DNA from: an uncultured delta proteobacterium
GTDB lineage: Bacteria > Desulfobacterota > Desulfomonilia > UBA1062
Length of the DNA stretch: 64,000 bases
Assembly (NCBI GenBank): GCA_963785235.1
Contig: CAWAUM010000001.1
Coordinates: forward strand, 160,001-224,000
Direction: 5' to 3'
Each line of letters begins with the position of its first letter. Within the stretch, counting starts at the first letter, position 1. The translations under genes were made by a program, and so were the position numbers. The notes beneath the pieces are model-generated. The model was not told the origin of the DNA and searched no databases. It saw only the letters and a program-made list of their open reading frames with translations. Shown here in pieces: positions 10,377-20,444 of the stretch.

Positions 10377-11198
10377 ATGGATAAGGATGAAATAAACGAC
10401 AATTATAACGATAAGGATATCAATCTCTATGACCTTTTGCTTACTTTGAAAAGGAAGTGGCTGATAATCTTTGTTGTTACAGTAGTATCCACTGGGCTTG
10501 CCTTTTCATACGCAGCATCGGCCAAGAAGGTTTATCGGGTCCACAATATCCTTATGATTAACCAGATGCAGGATGGGGATCTTTTCAATCAGGCTGAGCT
10601 CTCTGAAACTGTTTCCATGCTTGATAAACTTAATAAGATGAGTGATCAGAAAAAAGATAAACTATTAAGCATGGTGGGTATGCAAGAAAAGGATCTGAAT
10701 GAGATTAGTGATGTCAGGGTAGTAGATATAAAAGGATCAGGTTCATTATGGGTAGATATTGAGACATATGACCGTCAAGCTGGTGTCACCCTCATGGATG
10801 CCTTGCCTGGGTTTGTGCTTTCAAGCCCCAGTATATCCAACAGATTAAAAATGCAAAAGTCACTTATAATGAAGAACAGGGAGGATTTGAAGGCTATCAT
10901 TGATAATCCTGTTATGAATATCAAGTTAGCCAGCGATACTGTTGTATATCTTCCATCCATTGACCTTTTTACACTACACGAGAAGTATAATCGTATAAAT
11001 TCCATCCTGGAAAACATGGAAAGTGGCCAGCGTATCTCCCTTGCCTGGAAAACAGAGTTACCCAAGACCCATATCAAGCCAAGAAAGATCAAGATTATCT
11101 TAATAGGATTAATAGCAGGGCTTTTCTCTGGAGTTCTCATTGCGTTTATTATGGAATGGAAGGAAAGTGCAAAGTACAAATATAATTCTCTTGTGTAA
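10377..11198 (+). CDS. wzz: Wzz-like chain-length determinant
   Basis: DINLYDLLLTL..KW N-terminal TM, C-terminal P..HIKPRK plus TM. Confidence 0.75.
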   Translation: MDKDEINDNYNDKDINLYDLLLTLKRKWLIIFVVTVVSTGLAFSYAASAKKVYRVHNILMINQMQDGDLFNQAELSETVSMLDKLNKMSDQKKDKLLSMVGMQEKDLNEISDVRVVDIKGSGSLWVDIETYDRQAGVTLMDALPGFVLSSPSISNRLKMQKSLIMKNREDLKAIIDNPVMNIKLASDTVVYLPSIDLFTLHEKYNRINSILENMESGQRISLAWKTELPKTHIKPRKIKIILIGLIAGLFSGVLIAFIMEWKESAKYKYNSLV

Positions 11199-11216
11199 CT
11201 CTATTTGCGGTTATAA

Positions 11217-12467
11217 GTGAAGTCGAGTTCACCTATCAAGGCCATCATATCGTTATATGGCCTTCAAATAAGCAATCTTGTCATTCCATTGATTGTTTTT
11301 CCATGGCTGGCTTTCTCCCTCGGGATTGAACAATTCGGTCTCTATAATTTTATATTTGCTATTCTTGCATACCTGAGTTTGCTGGTTGATTACGGAATTA
11401 ATCTGACTGCAACACGTGATGTTGCGATGAACTTAAACAATGTCCAGAAAAATTCTGAAGTTTTCTGGGTAAGCCTGTGGGTAAAAACTTTATTGTGCCT
11501 TATTTCATTCTTTATCCTTTTATTCTTAGGCCTGATTCTTGATAAGATATCCGACCACTTTTCAATGTATCTTTTAGCCTTTATTATGCCTATCAGCTCC
11601 CTATTAAGCACCACGTATTTTTTTCAGGGGCTTGGAAAACTGGAAATACCAAGTTTCGCCAACCTGATCGTTCGTCTGCTAAGTCTTCCTTTTTTGTTTT
11701 TATTTGTGAGAAGCCCCTCTGATTTGGCAAACGCGATACTCATAGCCGCATTACCCGGTTTTGTTGTTGCTATATTTTGCATGTTTTTAATCAGAAGATA
11801 TAAATTAGTGAAGAAGGTAAGCATTACCAGGCAAGACATTCGCAATGGTTTTGCTTCCGGACTTTATCCATTTTTAACATCAGGTCTGTCCACGATATAC
11901 ACGGGAAGCTACCTGATCATTATCGGTCTGGTTTTGAACAACAGTGCAGTCGCGGTGTTTGCAGTTGCGGATAAAATAATGAAGACATTAAACGCCATGA
12001 TCACTCCCATATCCATGGCTGTTTATCATGATATCAGCAAATTCGTTGTCTCTAGTCTGAATGGTTTAAAAAAATTATTGAAATTTGTGGTTTTCATAAA
12101 CATTACTCTCGGGCTTGTTATTGCTCTGTTAATTTACTCTGGTGGGTTTGATATCATCATAAATTTATTATTTTCTGATAAATATTCCGGTTCTTTAGAC
12201 CTCATCAGGATAGTGGCGGTAGGCCCCTTATTCTTCGGTATTCTTCAGATATCCTACATGCTGCTTCTCTCGATGAAGAAAGAAGTCTACATGACGAAAA
12301 TTTATGGATTGGTATTAATAGTTCATCTTCCTTTATTATTGATTATATCTAAAGAGTATAAATTGGTTGGTAGTGCAACTTTGATGATAGCAACAGATTT
12401 TCTCATTATGGTGGCGGCGTTGATTATGAGTATTCGAGTGTTAAAGGCACATCTTGCCAGGAATTAA
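11217..12467 (+). CDS. wzx: O-unit flippase (Wzx)
   Basis: LYGLQISNLVIPLIVFPWL...LG...FG, DYGINL.ATRD.A, FFQG; about 12 TM segments. Confidence 0.88.
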   Translation: MKSSSPIKAIISLYGLQISNLVIPLIVFPWLAFSLGIEQFGLYNFIFAILAYLSLLVDYGINLTATRDVAMNLNNVQKNSEVFWVSLWVKTLLCLISFFILLFLGLILDKISDHFSMYLLAFIMPISSLLSTTYFFQGLGKLEIPSFANLIVRLLSLPFLFLFVRSPSDLANAILIAALPGFVVAIFCMFLIRRYKLVKKVSITRQDIRNGFASGLYPFLTSGLSTIYTGSYLIIIGLVLNNSAVAVFAVADKIMKTLNAMITPISMAVYHDISKFVVSSLNGLKKLLKFVVFINITLGLVIALLIYSGGFDIIINLLFSDKYSGSLDLIRIVAVGPLFFGILQISYMLLLSMKKEVYMTKIYGLVLIVHLPLLLIISKEYKLVGSATLMIATDFLIMVAALIMSIRVLKAHLARN

Positions 12468-12483
12468 AGCCAGGTAAGAAATT

Positions 12484-13746
12484 ATGAAGAAAGTGACACA
12501 TCTTTGTTACGCGGCATCCTGCCAGACAGCAGCCTATCGGTTGCATAGAAGTCTCGTATCCGTAGGATGTGAGTCCCAGGTGATAACCGGCGCACAATCA
12601 ATAAATGATAAAGACCTCATTCAGCCGCAAACGTCCCGGGAAAAATTATCAGCCATAACCGGGATAGTGAGAGAACGCCTTTATAGAAAATTGCTTTATC
12701 GCAAATGCACGACATATTTTTCATTAAATATCGGACCCGCCTTGCTTCAACAAAAATGGCTTGAGAATATATACAGGGTTAAAACAGATGTAGTTCATTT
12801 GCACTGGATCGGAAACGGATTTATCCCGATAAAAGGCCTGCCCAGTTTTAAAAAGCCCATCATCTGGACCATGCATGATATGTGGCCGATCACAGGCGGG
12901 TGTCATGTAACCGGGTCATGTCATAAATTTGAAGCACAATGCGGTCGTTGTCCACAGATAAAAAGTTGTAGAGAGCATGATCTGACAACAATTAATTTTG
13001 AAAGAAAAAGATCTATCTATAGAAAACTGAATTTAACCATTGTGGCACCTTCGAGATGGATGGAATATGAGGTAAAAAAAAGTCCCTTGATCAATCATTC
13101 AGAAATAATCAGAATACCCAATGCAATAGACACATCCTTATTCAAACCCCTCAATAAAAGTTTCGCGAGAAATGCGCTGAATCTCGATAACAATAAAACC
13201 ATTATAGCATTTGGGGCCATATCAGGTATGGCTGATATGAATAAAGGCTTTGACTTGCTGAAAGAAGCGTTGCAGATTCTGTCTGTTCGAAGAAATGATT
13301 TATTGCTGTTGATTTTTGGGGGAGAGAGTAACTCAAAAAATGAATTAGATTTTGGATGTGAAATTAAATGCATTGGGAAACTATCCGATGACCTTACGCT
13401 TGCCCTCGTATATTCAGCAGCCGATGTAATTGTTGTTCCCTCCAGGCAGGAATCTTTCAGTCAAATCTCATCTGAATCGCTATCATGCGGAACGCCGGTT
13501 GTCGCTTTTGATGCGACAGGGCCGAGAGACATAATAAATCATAAGGAAAACGGCTATCTCGCGAAACCATACGAATATCAGGATTTAGCAGCCGGCATAC
13601 AATGGATTCTGGAGGACAAGGAGCGTTGGAAGGTATTATCAGAAAACGCACGGCTAAAAGCGCTGCATAATTTTAGTTATGGGGTGATAGGAAAGCGACA
13701 CAATGATGTATATGATGGATTGTTAGAAAAGAATGGAGCAAAGTAG
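12484..13746 (+). CDS. GT4 glycosyltransferase (WcaC-like)
   Basis: AAYRLH, HLHW, WTMHDMWPITGGCH, CGRCPQ, IVAPSRW, ESFSQISSE (EX7E). Confidence 0.85.
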   Translation: MKKVTHLCYAASCQTAAYRLHRSLVSVGCESQVITGAQSINDKDLIQPQTSREKLSAITGIVRERLYRKLLYRKCTTYFSLNIGPALLQQKWLENIYRVKTDVVHLHWIGNGFIPIKGLPSFKKPIIWTMHDMWPITGGCHVTGSCHKFEAQCGRCPQIKSCREHDLTTINFERKRSIYRKLNLTIVAPSRWMEYEVKKSPLINHSEIIRIPNAIDTSLFKPLNKSFARNALNLDNNKTIIAFGAISGMADMNKGFDLLKEALQILSVRRNDLLLLIFGGESNSKNELDFGCEIKCIGKLSDDLTLALVYSAADVIVVPSRQESFSQISSESLSCGTPVVAFDATGPRDIINHKENGYLAKPYEYQDLAAGIQWILEDKERWKVLSENARLKALHNFSYGVIGKRHNDVYDGLLEKNGAK

Positions 13747-14530
13747 AAGTATAATATCATATTCCCTCTACGGGAATAACCGAAGATATACAGCCCCACT
13801 CTTGATTAATGCGGAAATAGCAGGGCGGTTATTTCCGGGATGGACAATATATGTATATCACGATGAAACGGTAAGCGTTCAATATTTAAGTCAACTAAAG
13901 CAATATGGAATTGTCACCATAAACATTGATAAAATTGATAATAAAAAATTGCCCCCGAAGATGTGGAGGTTTTTACCAACAGCGAGCCCCAATGTTGAGA
14001 GTATAATTTTTCGAGATGCTGATTCATTACTGACACAAAGAGAACGAGATCTCGTAATAAAATGGATGCAGTCCGATAAGTCGGTACATATCATACGTGA
14101 CCATCCATTACACGTTGCCCCTATACTTGCGGGGATGTTTGGCATGAAGAAAGATTCCTTCCGAATTCTTTCCACCCTTCTGGAATCAAAGACCCCTGAT
14201 GTACATACATGGCCACATGATTATGATCAGGTTTTTTTAGCTGACCATTTTTATCCCAAGATAAAGGAGGCGGCCCTTATACACGTATCGTTCTTTCAGT
14301 ATTGGGGTGAGAGTGTGATAAAAATTGATCCGGTTGCTGAAGGCAATAATTTTATTGGGGCTGTTTTTCATGAAGACGAAGCAAATCATGAATTAAATAA
14401 GATGATGATGAAATCCGGATTCATCAATGGGATACCCTATTCAATGGCAAGGATAATGCGTTACCGTGTGCGACCAATTATTTATACTTCAAAGCTTTTT
14501 CAGTTTCTCCGCAATAGTTTAATTTCTTAG
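13733..14530 (+). CDS. Hypothetical protein, putative GT-A-like transferase
   Basis: ISYSLYG, MWRFLP, IFRDADS (DxD), IIRDHP.H, DQVFL; embedded in glycan operon. Confidence 0.55.
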   Translation: MEQSRSIISYSLYGNNRRYTAPLLINAEIAGRLFPGWTIYVYHDETVSVQYLSQLKQYGIVTINIDKIDNKKLPPKMWRFLPTASPNVESIIFRDADSLLTQRERDLVIKWMQSDKSVHIIRDHPLHVAPILAGMFGMKKDSFRILSTLLESKTPDVHTWPHDYDQVFLADHFYPKIKEAALIHVSFFQYWGESVIKIDPVAEGNNFIGAVFHEDEANHELNKMMMKSGFINGIPYSMARIMRYRVRPIIYTSKLFQFLRNSLIS

Positions 14531-14533
14531 CAT

Positions 14534-15136
14534 ATGACTCGGAAGACCAATAAGTCATCAGACTCAAGGCACCTTGATCTGGGGTGTGGGAATAATCCGC
14601 GCAATCCGTATGGGCAAGCAAATCTATACGGTATTGATATTGGAGAGCTTCATGGCAATCAAGATGCCATCTATACAAGATGTAATGTAGTCTATTCAGA
14701 CCTGCCATTTGAAGACAACATGTTTGACTCAGTTTCTGCATATGATTTCATTGAGCATATCCCAAGGCTGATATCTGTTGATGGGGCAAATGAATATCCT
14801 TTTATCCATGTAATGAATGAAATATATCGAGTGCTTAAACCGGGTGGAAAATTTTATGCGCTAACACCGGCATATCCGAAGGAAAGTGTATTTGTAGACC
14901 CGACCCATGTAAATATTATCACGAAAAATACCCATAAATACTTTACGGAGCCTCACAATTGGGCATCCATGTATGGGTTTATCGGGAAGTTTAAGGTTAT
15001 CCGTGCCCAGTGGTGTTATTTTAGGAATGAGACAGAAGTGATGGGGCCAATTGAATTGTTTTTTAAAAATTTATGTTGTCGCATGTATCGTAAGATGATG
15101 CAGCATTTCATCTGGGAATTTCAGGCAATGAAATAA
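14534..15136 (+). CDS. Class I SAM-dependent methyltransferase
   Basis: LDLGCG, LPFEDNMFD, FIEH, YRVLKPGG. Confidence 0.85.
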   Translation: MTRKTNKSSDSRHLDLGCGNNPRNPYGQANLYGIDIGELHGNQDAIYTRCNVVYSDLPFEDNMFDSVSAYDFIEHIPRLISVDGANEYPFIHVMNEIYRVLKPGGKFYALTPAYPKESVFVDPTHVNIITKNTHKYFTEPHNWASMYGFIGKFKVIRAQWCYFRNETEVMGPIELFFKNLCCRMYRKMMQHFIWEFQAMK

Positions 15137-15202
15137 AGGCTATGGCCTTATGAAAATTGTATTTTATCATATCCCGAAGTAACTCATGAACCAAAGCTCA
15201 TC

Positions 15203-15832
15203 ATGAAATTTCTGATAAAAAAATTATTCAGGCGCACATATGATGATTCCAAGGATAAGGTTGTAGTTATTTCTAACAAATGTATTTCCGTAGGGTGCTT
15301 TACGTATGGATACGATGAGATTCAAATTCTCTCTTGGGGAGAAGAAACAACTATCACAATCGGTCGATTCTGCAGTATTTCAAGTGGACTGAAATTATTC
15401 TGCGGAGGCAATCACCGTACAGACTGGATCACCACATTCCCCTTTGGTCATGTTTACGGATCATTACTGAAAATAAGGCCGGTGAAAGGTCACCCATTCA
15501 GCAATGGAGATATCCGCATAGGCAACGATGTGTGGATAGGCAGAGATGTAACCATTCTCAGTGGGATAACAGTCGGGGATGGTGCAGTTATTGCCGCTAA
15601 TTCTCATGTTGTTTCCAATGTTGATCCTTACACGGTTGTGGGTGGGAACCCGGCAAATAAGATTATACAAAGATTTTCTGATGAAGTCATTCGTCGTTTA
15701 CTCATAATCAAATGGTGGAATCATCCAATAGAGGTCATAGAACACATTGTTCCATTCCTGTGCGATCAGCACGGTGAAGGCATCTCCAATAACCTGGACC
15801 GTATTGAGCAAATTCTTAATACAAGTCCTTAG
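15203..15832 (+). CDS. CatB/Vat-related hexapeptide O-acetyltransferase
   Basis: IGRFCSIS, GGNH..DWITTFPF, IGNDVWIG, VGGNPA. Confidence 0.88.
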   Translation: MKFLIKKLFRRTYDDSKDKVVVISNKCISVGCFTYGYDEIQILSWGEETTITIGRFCSISSGLKLFCGGNHRTDWITTFPFGHVYGSLLKIRPVKGHPFSNGDIRIGNDVWIGRDVTILSGITVGDGAVIAANSHVVSNVDPYTVVGGNPANKIIQRFSDEVIRRLLIIKWWNHPIEVIEHIVPFLCDQHGEGISNNLDRIEQILNTSP

Positions 15833-15836
15833 CGGG

Positions 15837-17003
15837 ATGGACATGTTCATTGCGCGAGAATTGATTGTAGGCATTTATTGTTGTTTTACCATAGTGTTTT
15901 TGAATTTTGGCATAAACATATTGCCGGATTATCAAATGACAATAGCAGTCGCATACCCGGTTGTTTTTCTTATGCTGTGCAGGCTGAATGTTAAAATGTA
16001 TCGATTAACGCTCTATTTTTCATGCGCACTTTTATTTCCGGTGATAATAGGGATAGTGGGATTTATTTCCGACAACAAGCTTAATTACCTCGAATTCATA
16101 AGGACCTATCTTCTTTACTTTCATTTCTGCTTTAGTTTGCTGATCATCAACAGCATGAAAATAAATCCGAGGATAATGGATGCGCTCGATAGGGCAATTA
16201 AGGCATCTTTAGTTATTGTGGGTATTCTGACCATCATGCAGTTCGCCGGCTTCTTCATTGCGGGTGTGCCGCTATTTTTTAATCCTTTTGGTAAATATAG
16301 TATCGGTGGCATCTATGATCCATACCGTTTTATCAGTATCCATGGCACAGTGAGGCCATCCGCTTTTTATTGGGAACCATCAACCAATGCAGTAGTCATC
16401 CTCATGCTGACAAATTATTTAGTAGTGAGGAATATTAATAAATTCAAAAAGTACTATTCAATGCAACTTGCGTTGCTGCTTTTAATAAATTCCATGACAG
16501 GCCTGCTGGCCTCCGGCATAACCTTTCTCCTCTGGATCAACTCTGTTTTCAAAAAAGATTTATATTTGAAAATCAGTGTCACTGCTTTTTTTTTGTTAGG
16601 GTTAGTCGCTTTGAGCATGGATAGAATACGTGAGCTTTTTATAGCCGGGACAAGCGGACACTTCAGATGGCGTGTGCCGGTTGATTATTTTCTGGATTAT
16701 ATCCAGGCCTTTCCTTTAGGACTGCCTCTCGGGCAACTTGCGTATCCATTGGATAATGGGATATTGGTTGCCATTATCTATACTGGGGTGTTTGGATTAC
16801 TGGTCGGTCTTGTTTTTTTACTCCACTTTTTAAGATTATCAATGCTGAACAGAATCACGGTTGAAACACAGCTGTCTGTTGCCTCGATACTTCTGATGAT
16901 GATTTTTAACGGCGCATTTCTTACACCCGAGATGTCTTTCCTCATGTGTCTGGTGATAGTGGCCTGGAAGAGCGGCAGGCTGATCAAGCCGGTGAAGAAC
17001 TAG
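15837..17003 (+). CDS. wcaD: WcaD-like (colanic-acid-type) Wzy polymerase
   Basis: Multi-TM; R.SAFYWEPS, GTSGHFR, LDNG, FNGAFLTPE parallel the WcaD motifs R.TALYFEPA, GSSSYYR, IDNG, FTGSIFSPE (recalled). Confidence 0.7.
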   Translation: MDMFIARELIVGIYCCFTIVFLNFGINILPDYQMTIAVAYPVVFLMLCRLNVKMYRLTLYFSCALLFPVIIGIVGFISDNKLNYLEFIRTYLLYFHFCFSLLIINSMKINPRIMDALDRAIKASLVIVGILTIMQFAGFFIAGVPLFFNPFGKYSIGGIYDPYRFISIHGTVRPSAFYWEPSTNAVVILMLTNYLVVRNINKFKKYYSMQLALLLLINSMTGLLASGITFLLWINSVFKKDLYLKISVTAFFLLGLVALSMDRIRELFIAGTSGHFRWRVPVDYFLDYIQAFPLGLPLGQLAYPLDNGILVAIIYTGVFGLLVGLVFLLHFLRLSMLNRITVETQLSVASILLMMIFNGAFLTPEMSFLMCLVIVAWKSGRLIKPVKN

Positions 17004-17031
17004 TCCTGCATCTTTAGGATGCATACCCAGA

Positions 17032-17850
17032 ATGAACAACATAGCTGATAAGATACCATTTTTCTCAATCATAACTGTTGTATGTAATGATAGTGAAGGT
17101 CTGAAAAAAACTGCAGAAAGTGTTATTGCGCAGAATTGTAAAGATTATGAGTGGATTGTCATTGATGGAGGCTCAACAGACGGTTGCCTCTCGTTTCTCC
17201 AATGTTTAAAGATTTCCACCCTCCAATGGATCAGTGAACCGGATCATGGCATCTATGAGGCGATGAATAAAGGGATACATCGCGCCAGAGGTTCTTATGT
17301 GGTCTTTCTGAATGCAGGTGATTATTTCCCGGACCATACCATTTTAGGATCTGTGAAGGACAGATTGATGAACGCTGCTCAATGCGCTGATGTCTTGTTC
17401 GGTGGTGCCATGCTCATACTGCCAAGCGGCAGGTCAATTTATCGTGCTCCAAAAGTATTATCCACCTATATATGGCATGGCTTGCCCGGGATTCATCAGG
17501 CGACATACTACAGGAATAAAGTTCTAGAGCTTGCAGGTTATGACGAGAGCTATAAGATTACCGGCGATTATTACCTGATAGCGAAACTGTATACTTTAGG
17601 CATAACATCGATTGTATTCAATAAATCCCTGGTACATTTTCGGGTTGGGGACACCTCATACCAAAAACCATTCTCTCTCATCATGGAATCCCATAGAGTT
17701 CAAAGAGATGTTCTAAAATTAGGTCCGGGGAAGAGGCTTCTGAGTGTTTGTAGAAAGGTCTTGGCATGGACAGCATTATTTTTGCTTGTGCAGGATCTGA
17801 TCCCCGATAGTGTTATCAGATTGAGCTCAATAAAAATATCGAGTGACTGA
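17032..17850 (+). CDS. GT2 glycosyltransferase (WcaE-like)
   Basis: SIITV, EWIVIDGGSTDG, SEPDHGIYEAMNKGI, FLNAGD, YIWHGLPGIHQA, VQRDVL. Confidence 0.85.
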   Translation: MNNIADKIPFFSIITVVCNDSEGLKKTAESVIAQNCKDYEWIVIDGGSTDGCLSFLQCLKISTLQWISEPDHGIYEAMNKGIHRARGSYVVFLNAGDYFPDHTILGSVKDRLMNAAQCADVLFGGAMLILPSGRSIYRAPKVLSTYIWHGLPGIHQATYYRNKVLELAGYDESYKITGDYYLIAKLYTLGITSIVFNKSLVHFRVGDTSYQKPFSLIMESHRVQRDVLKLGPGKRLLSVCRKVLAWTALFLLVQDLIPDSVIRLSSIKISSD

Positions 17851-17899
17851 GAATGGATTAAAAAACTAATTCAACGAGCAATCATCAAAGGGTTTCTCC

Positions 17900-18694
17900 A
17901 TGGAACAAACACCAAACATTTTAATCCTGATCTTGAGTACCCAGGATCATCGTTACAATGATTTTATTCGGGCATGTAACAGTACCTGGGTCCAGCGCGC
18001 CGGGAGTCGATCCATACGCTGTCTGTTTTATCAAGGTGGTGCATCCGGAGATCATCTGGTGAATAACACGCTCCACTTGTCAACTGATGATTCCCTTTCT
18101 GGGACTGCACGAAAATTATTGAAGGCATTCGAATTTATTGAACACGAAGGTTTCGATTACGATTATATTTTCCGGACCAACCTGTCTTCGTATGTGTATG
18201 TGGAAAATTTAGTGAGTTTCGTTAGGCAGCATGAAGATGATAATCTTTATGCCGGTCTGATAGGTTCCTATAATTCTTTATTCAGTTTCACGAACAGGTT
18301 CGATTTCCTCAGGAGGGTATTCATGATACCCTTCAGAAAATACACTCTGAAATTCGCATCGGGATCCGGTTTTCTCATCAGTTCTGGAAATGTCAGAAAA
18401 GTTCTGGCAGATACCCGCAAAAATTTGAAATTAATGGATGATGTGATGATCGGTGATTGTTTATCACACCATGGGGTTCCCATAATCCCGGCACCACGGA
18501 TTGATATGAACGACGATTACGTCACCTATTCAAAAGACATCATAGCGTGCCCTGATCTTATCAGGACATGTCACCATGTGCGTCTCAAGTCCAAAGACAG
18601 GTCGGTCGATGTCGATCGATTCTTTTTTTTGGATAAATATGAGAGTTATCCGGTAAATGGTGTCGGAAAGCGAGAAGCTGATATTTTGTCGTAA
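17900..18694 (+). CDS. Hypothetical protein, GT31/galactosyltransferase-like
   Basis: TW near N-terminus, K...AF, DYDYIFRTNLSSYV, FASGSGFLIS, DDVMIG. Confidence 0.55.
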   Translation: MEQTPNILILILSTQDHRYNDFIRACNSTWVQRAGSRSIRCLFYQGGASGDHLVNNTLHLSTDDSLSGTARKLLKAFEFIEHEGFDYDYIFRTNLSSYVYVENLVSFVRQHEDDNLYAGLIGSYNSLFSFTNRFDFLRRVFMIPFRKYTLKFASGSGFLISSGNVRKVLADTRKNLKLMDDVMIGDCLSHHGVPIIPAPRIDMNDDYVTYSKDIIACPDLIRTCHHVRLKSKDRSVDVDRFFFLDKYESYPVNGVGKREADILS

Positions 18695-18711
18695 CGGCTT
18701 CACTATACTGC

Positions 18712-19467
18712 ATGAAGGTATCTATTATCACGGTCGTTCTCAATAATGAGGCTTACATAGAAGAGTGCATCAAGAGCGTTGTAAGACAAGGGTATGATGA
18801 TATTGAATACATTGTAGTCGATGGCGGTTCGAGTGATGGAACCATTGACCTTATCAGGGCATATGAAAAAAATATTTCACAGTGGATAAGCGGGCCGGAT
18901 GGCGGAATATTCGATGCAATGAACAAGGGGATCCAGATGGCAACCGGGGAGGTTGTTGGAATCTTGAATTCGGATGATTTCTATCCGGACGCTGATGTCA
19001 TTGACCTGGTCACACGGGAATTTCAATCCAAGGGCGTAGACTCTGTTTTTGCCGACCTGGTGTATGTGAAGAGAGACAATCCGGATGAAGTTGTACGCTA
19101 TTATCGATCCTCGAATTTTCAACCGGAAAGATTTGCCTTTGGCTGGATGCCGGCACACCCCACCTTTTTCGTGAGAAGGGACTGTTATGAACAGTATGGG
19201 TTATTTAAAACCGATTACAAGATAGCGGCTGATTATGAACTTCTAGTGAGATTCCTTTCTCAACACAAAATATCATTCAGCTACATTCCGCGGGTCATTA
19301 TCAATATGAGAACAGGAGGCATCAGTACGAAGAATATCAAGAGCAACTGGGTATTGAATAACGAGATAATTCGTGCTTGCCGGGAAAACGGGATTGAAAC
19401 AAATTTACTGAAAGTCTATTCGAAATACCTTGTTAAGGGATTTCAGCTATTACATCGACCTCAATGA
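18712..19467 (+). CDS. GT2 glycosyltransferase
   Basis: KVSIITV, DGGSSDGT, AMNKGI, LNSDD, GWMPAHPT, IAADYE. Confidence 0.9.
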   Translation: MKVSIITVVLNNEAYIEECIKSVVRQGYDDIEYIVVDGGSSDGTIDLIRAYEKNISQWISGPDGGIFDAMNKGIQMATGEVVGILNSDDFYPDADVIDLVTREFQSKGVDSVFADLVYVKRDNPDEVVRYYRSSNFQPERFAFGWMPAHPTFFVRRDCYEQYGLFKTDYKIAADYELLVRFLSQHKISFSYIPRVIINMRTGGISTKNIKSNWVLNNEIIRACRENGIETNLLKVYSKYLVKGFQLLHRPQ

Positions 19468-20444
19468 AGGTTCTTCTAACAGGCGCCACCGGAGCCGTAG
19501 GGCCGGTTGTAGTAAAAGCCTTTCTTGGTGCGGGTTATCAAATCCGCACAGTATCAATTGATCCCCCCTCACGTGGGCTTTGGCCTGATGATGTTGAAAC
19601 ACGCATTGGTGATGTAACTGATGTGTCAGCTGTGCAGGGAGCGATGGAAGGGATTGAATCGGTTGTGCATTTGGCGTCGCTTCTGCACATAGTTCACCCC
19701 GTGCCCGAGCTGCGTGAAAAATATGAACAGATCAATGTTGGCGGTACAGCGACAGTAGTTGATGCTGCGATGAAGGCGGGGGTCAAGCGCGTTGTTCTGT
19801 TCAGCACGATTGCGGTGTATGGACCTTCGGATGGTTGCATTCTCAATGAAATGTCGCCGACTCATCCTGAGACCTTTTATGCCCAGACCAAACATGCTGC
19901 CGAACAGATTGTCCTGAATGCCAAGGGCGCCGAAGGTCAACCTTTGGGTACCGTATTGCGTCTGGGTGCGGTTTATGGTTCCCGCATCAAAGGAAACTAT
20001 GAACGGCTGACGTACGCCTTGGCACGCAACCGATTTATCCCCATCGGAAGTGGTCTCAATCGGCGGACCCTGGTTTATGATAGGGATGTCGGTCGTGCGG
20101 CTGTACTCGCTGTTTCTCATTCCTTGGCGGCAGGTCGGGTATTCAATGTAACGGATGGTTCGTTTCATACCTTGAATGAGATTATTGAATCCATTTGCTC
20201 TGCCCTTGGTCGCAAGCCACCCCGGTTGTCATTGCCTGTGGGTCCTACGCGTTCATTGGTTGGCTTTGTTGAAAAGGGATGCCGGGTCATGGGCGTAACA
20301 CCTCCCATAACACAGGAGACGATAGACAAGTACACTGAAGACATTGCCGTTGACGGAAGTCTCATTCAGAAAGAACTCGGGTTTGTGCCTCACTATGATC
20401 TTAAGTCAGGCTGGAAAGAGACGATCCGGGAAATGCAGATATGA
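19464..20444 (+). CDS. NAD-dependent epimerase/dehydratase (extended SDR, WbpK/WbpV-like)
   Basis: TGATGAVG, YAQTK (YxxxK), VYG..IKGN. Confidence 0.88.
   Translation: MKVLLTGATGAVGPVVVKAFLGAGYQIRTVSIDPPSRGLWPDDVETRIGDVTDVSAVQGAMEGIESVVHLASLLHIVHPVPELREKYEQINVGGTATVVDAAMKAGVKRVVLFSTIAVYGPSDGCILNEMSPTHPETFYAQTKHAAEQIVLNAKGAEGQPLGTVLRLGAVYGSRIKGNYERLTYALARNRFIPIGSGLNRRTLVYDRDVGRAAVLAVSHSLAAGRVFNVTDGSFHTLNEIIESICSALGRKPPRLSLPVGPTRSLVGFVEKGCRVMGVTPPITQETIDKYTEDIAVDGSLIQKELGFVPHYDLKSGWKETIREMQI

Noticed and set aside
15203-15832. Chloramphenicol/streptogramin resistance gene (CatB/Vat-like)
   Set aside because: Position within a glycan operon favours a sugar O-acetyltransferase of the same fold
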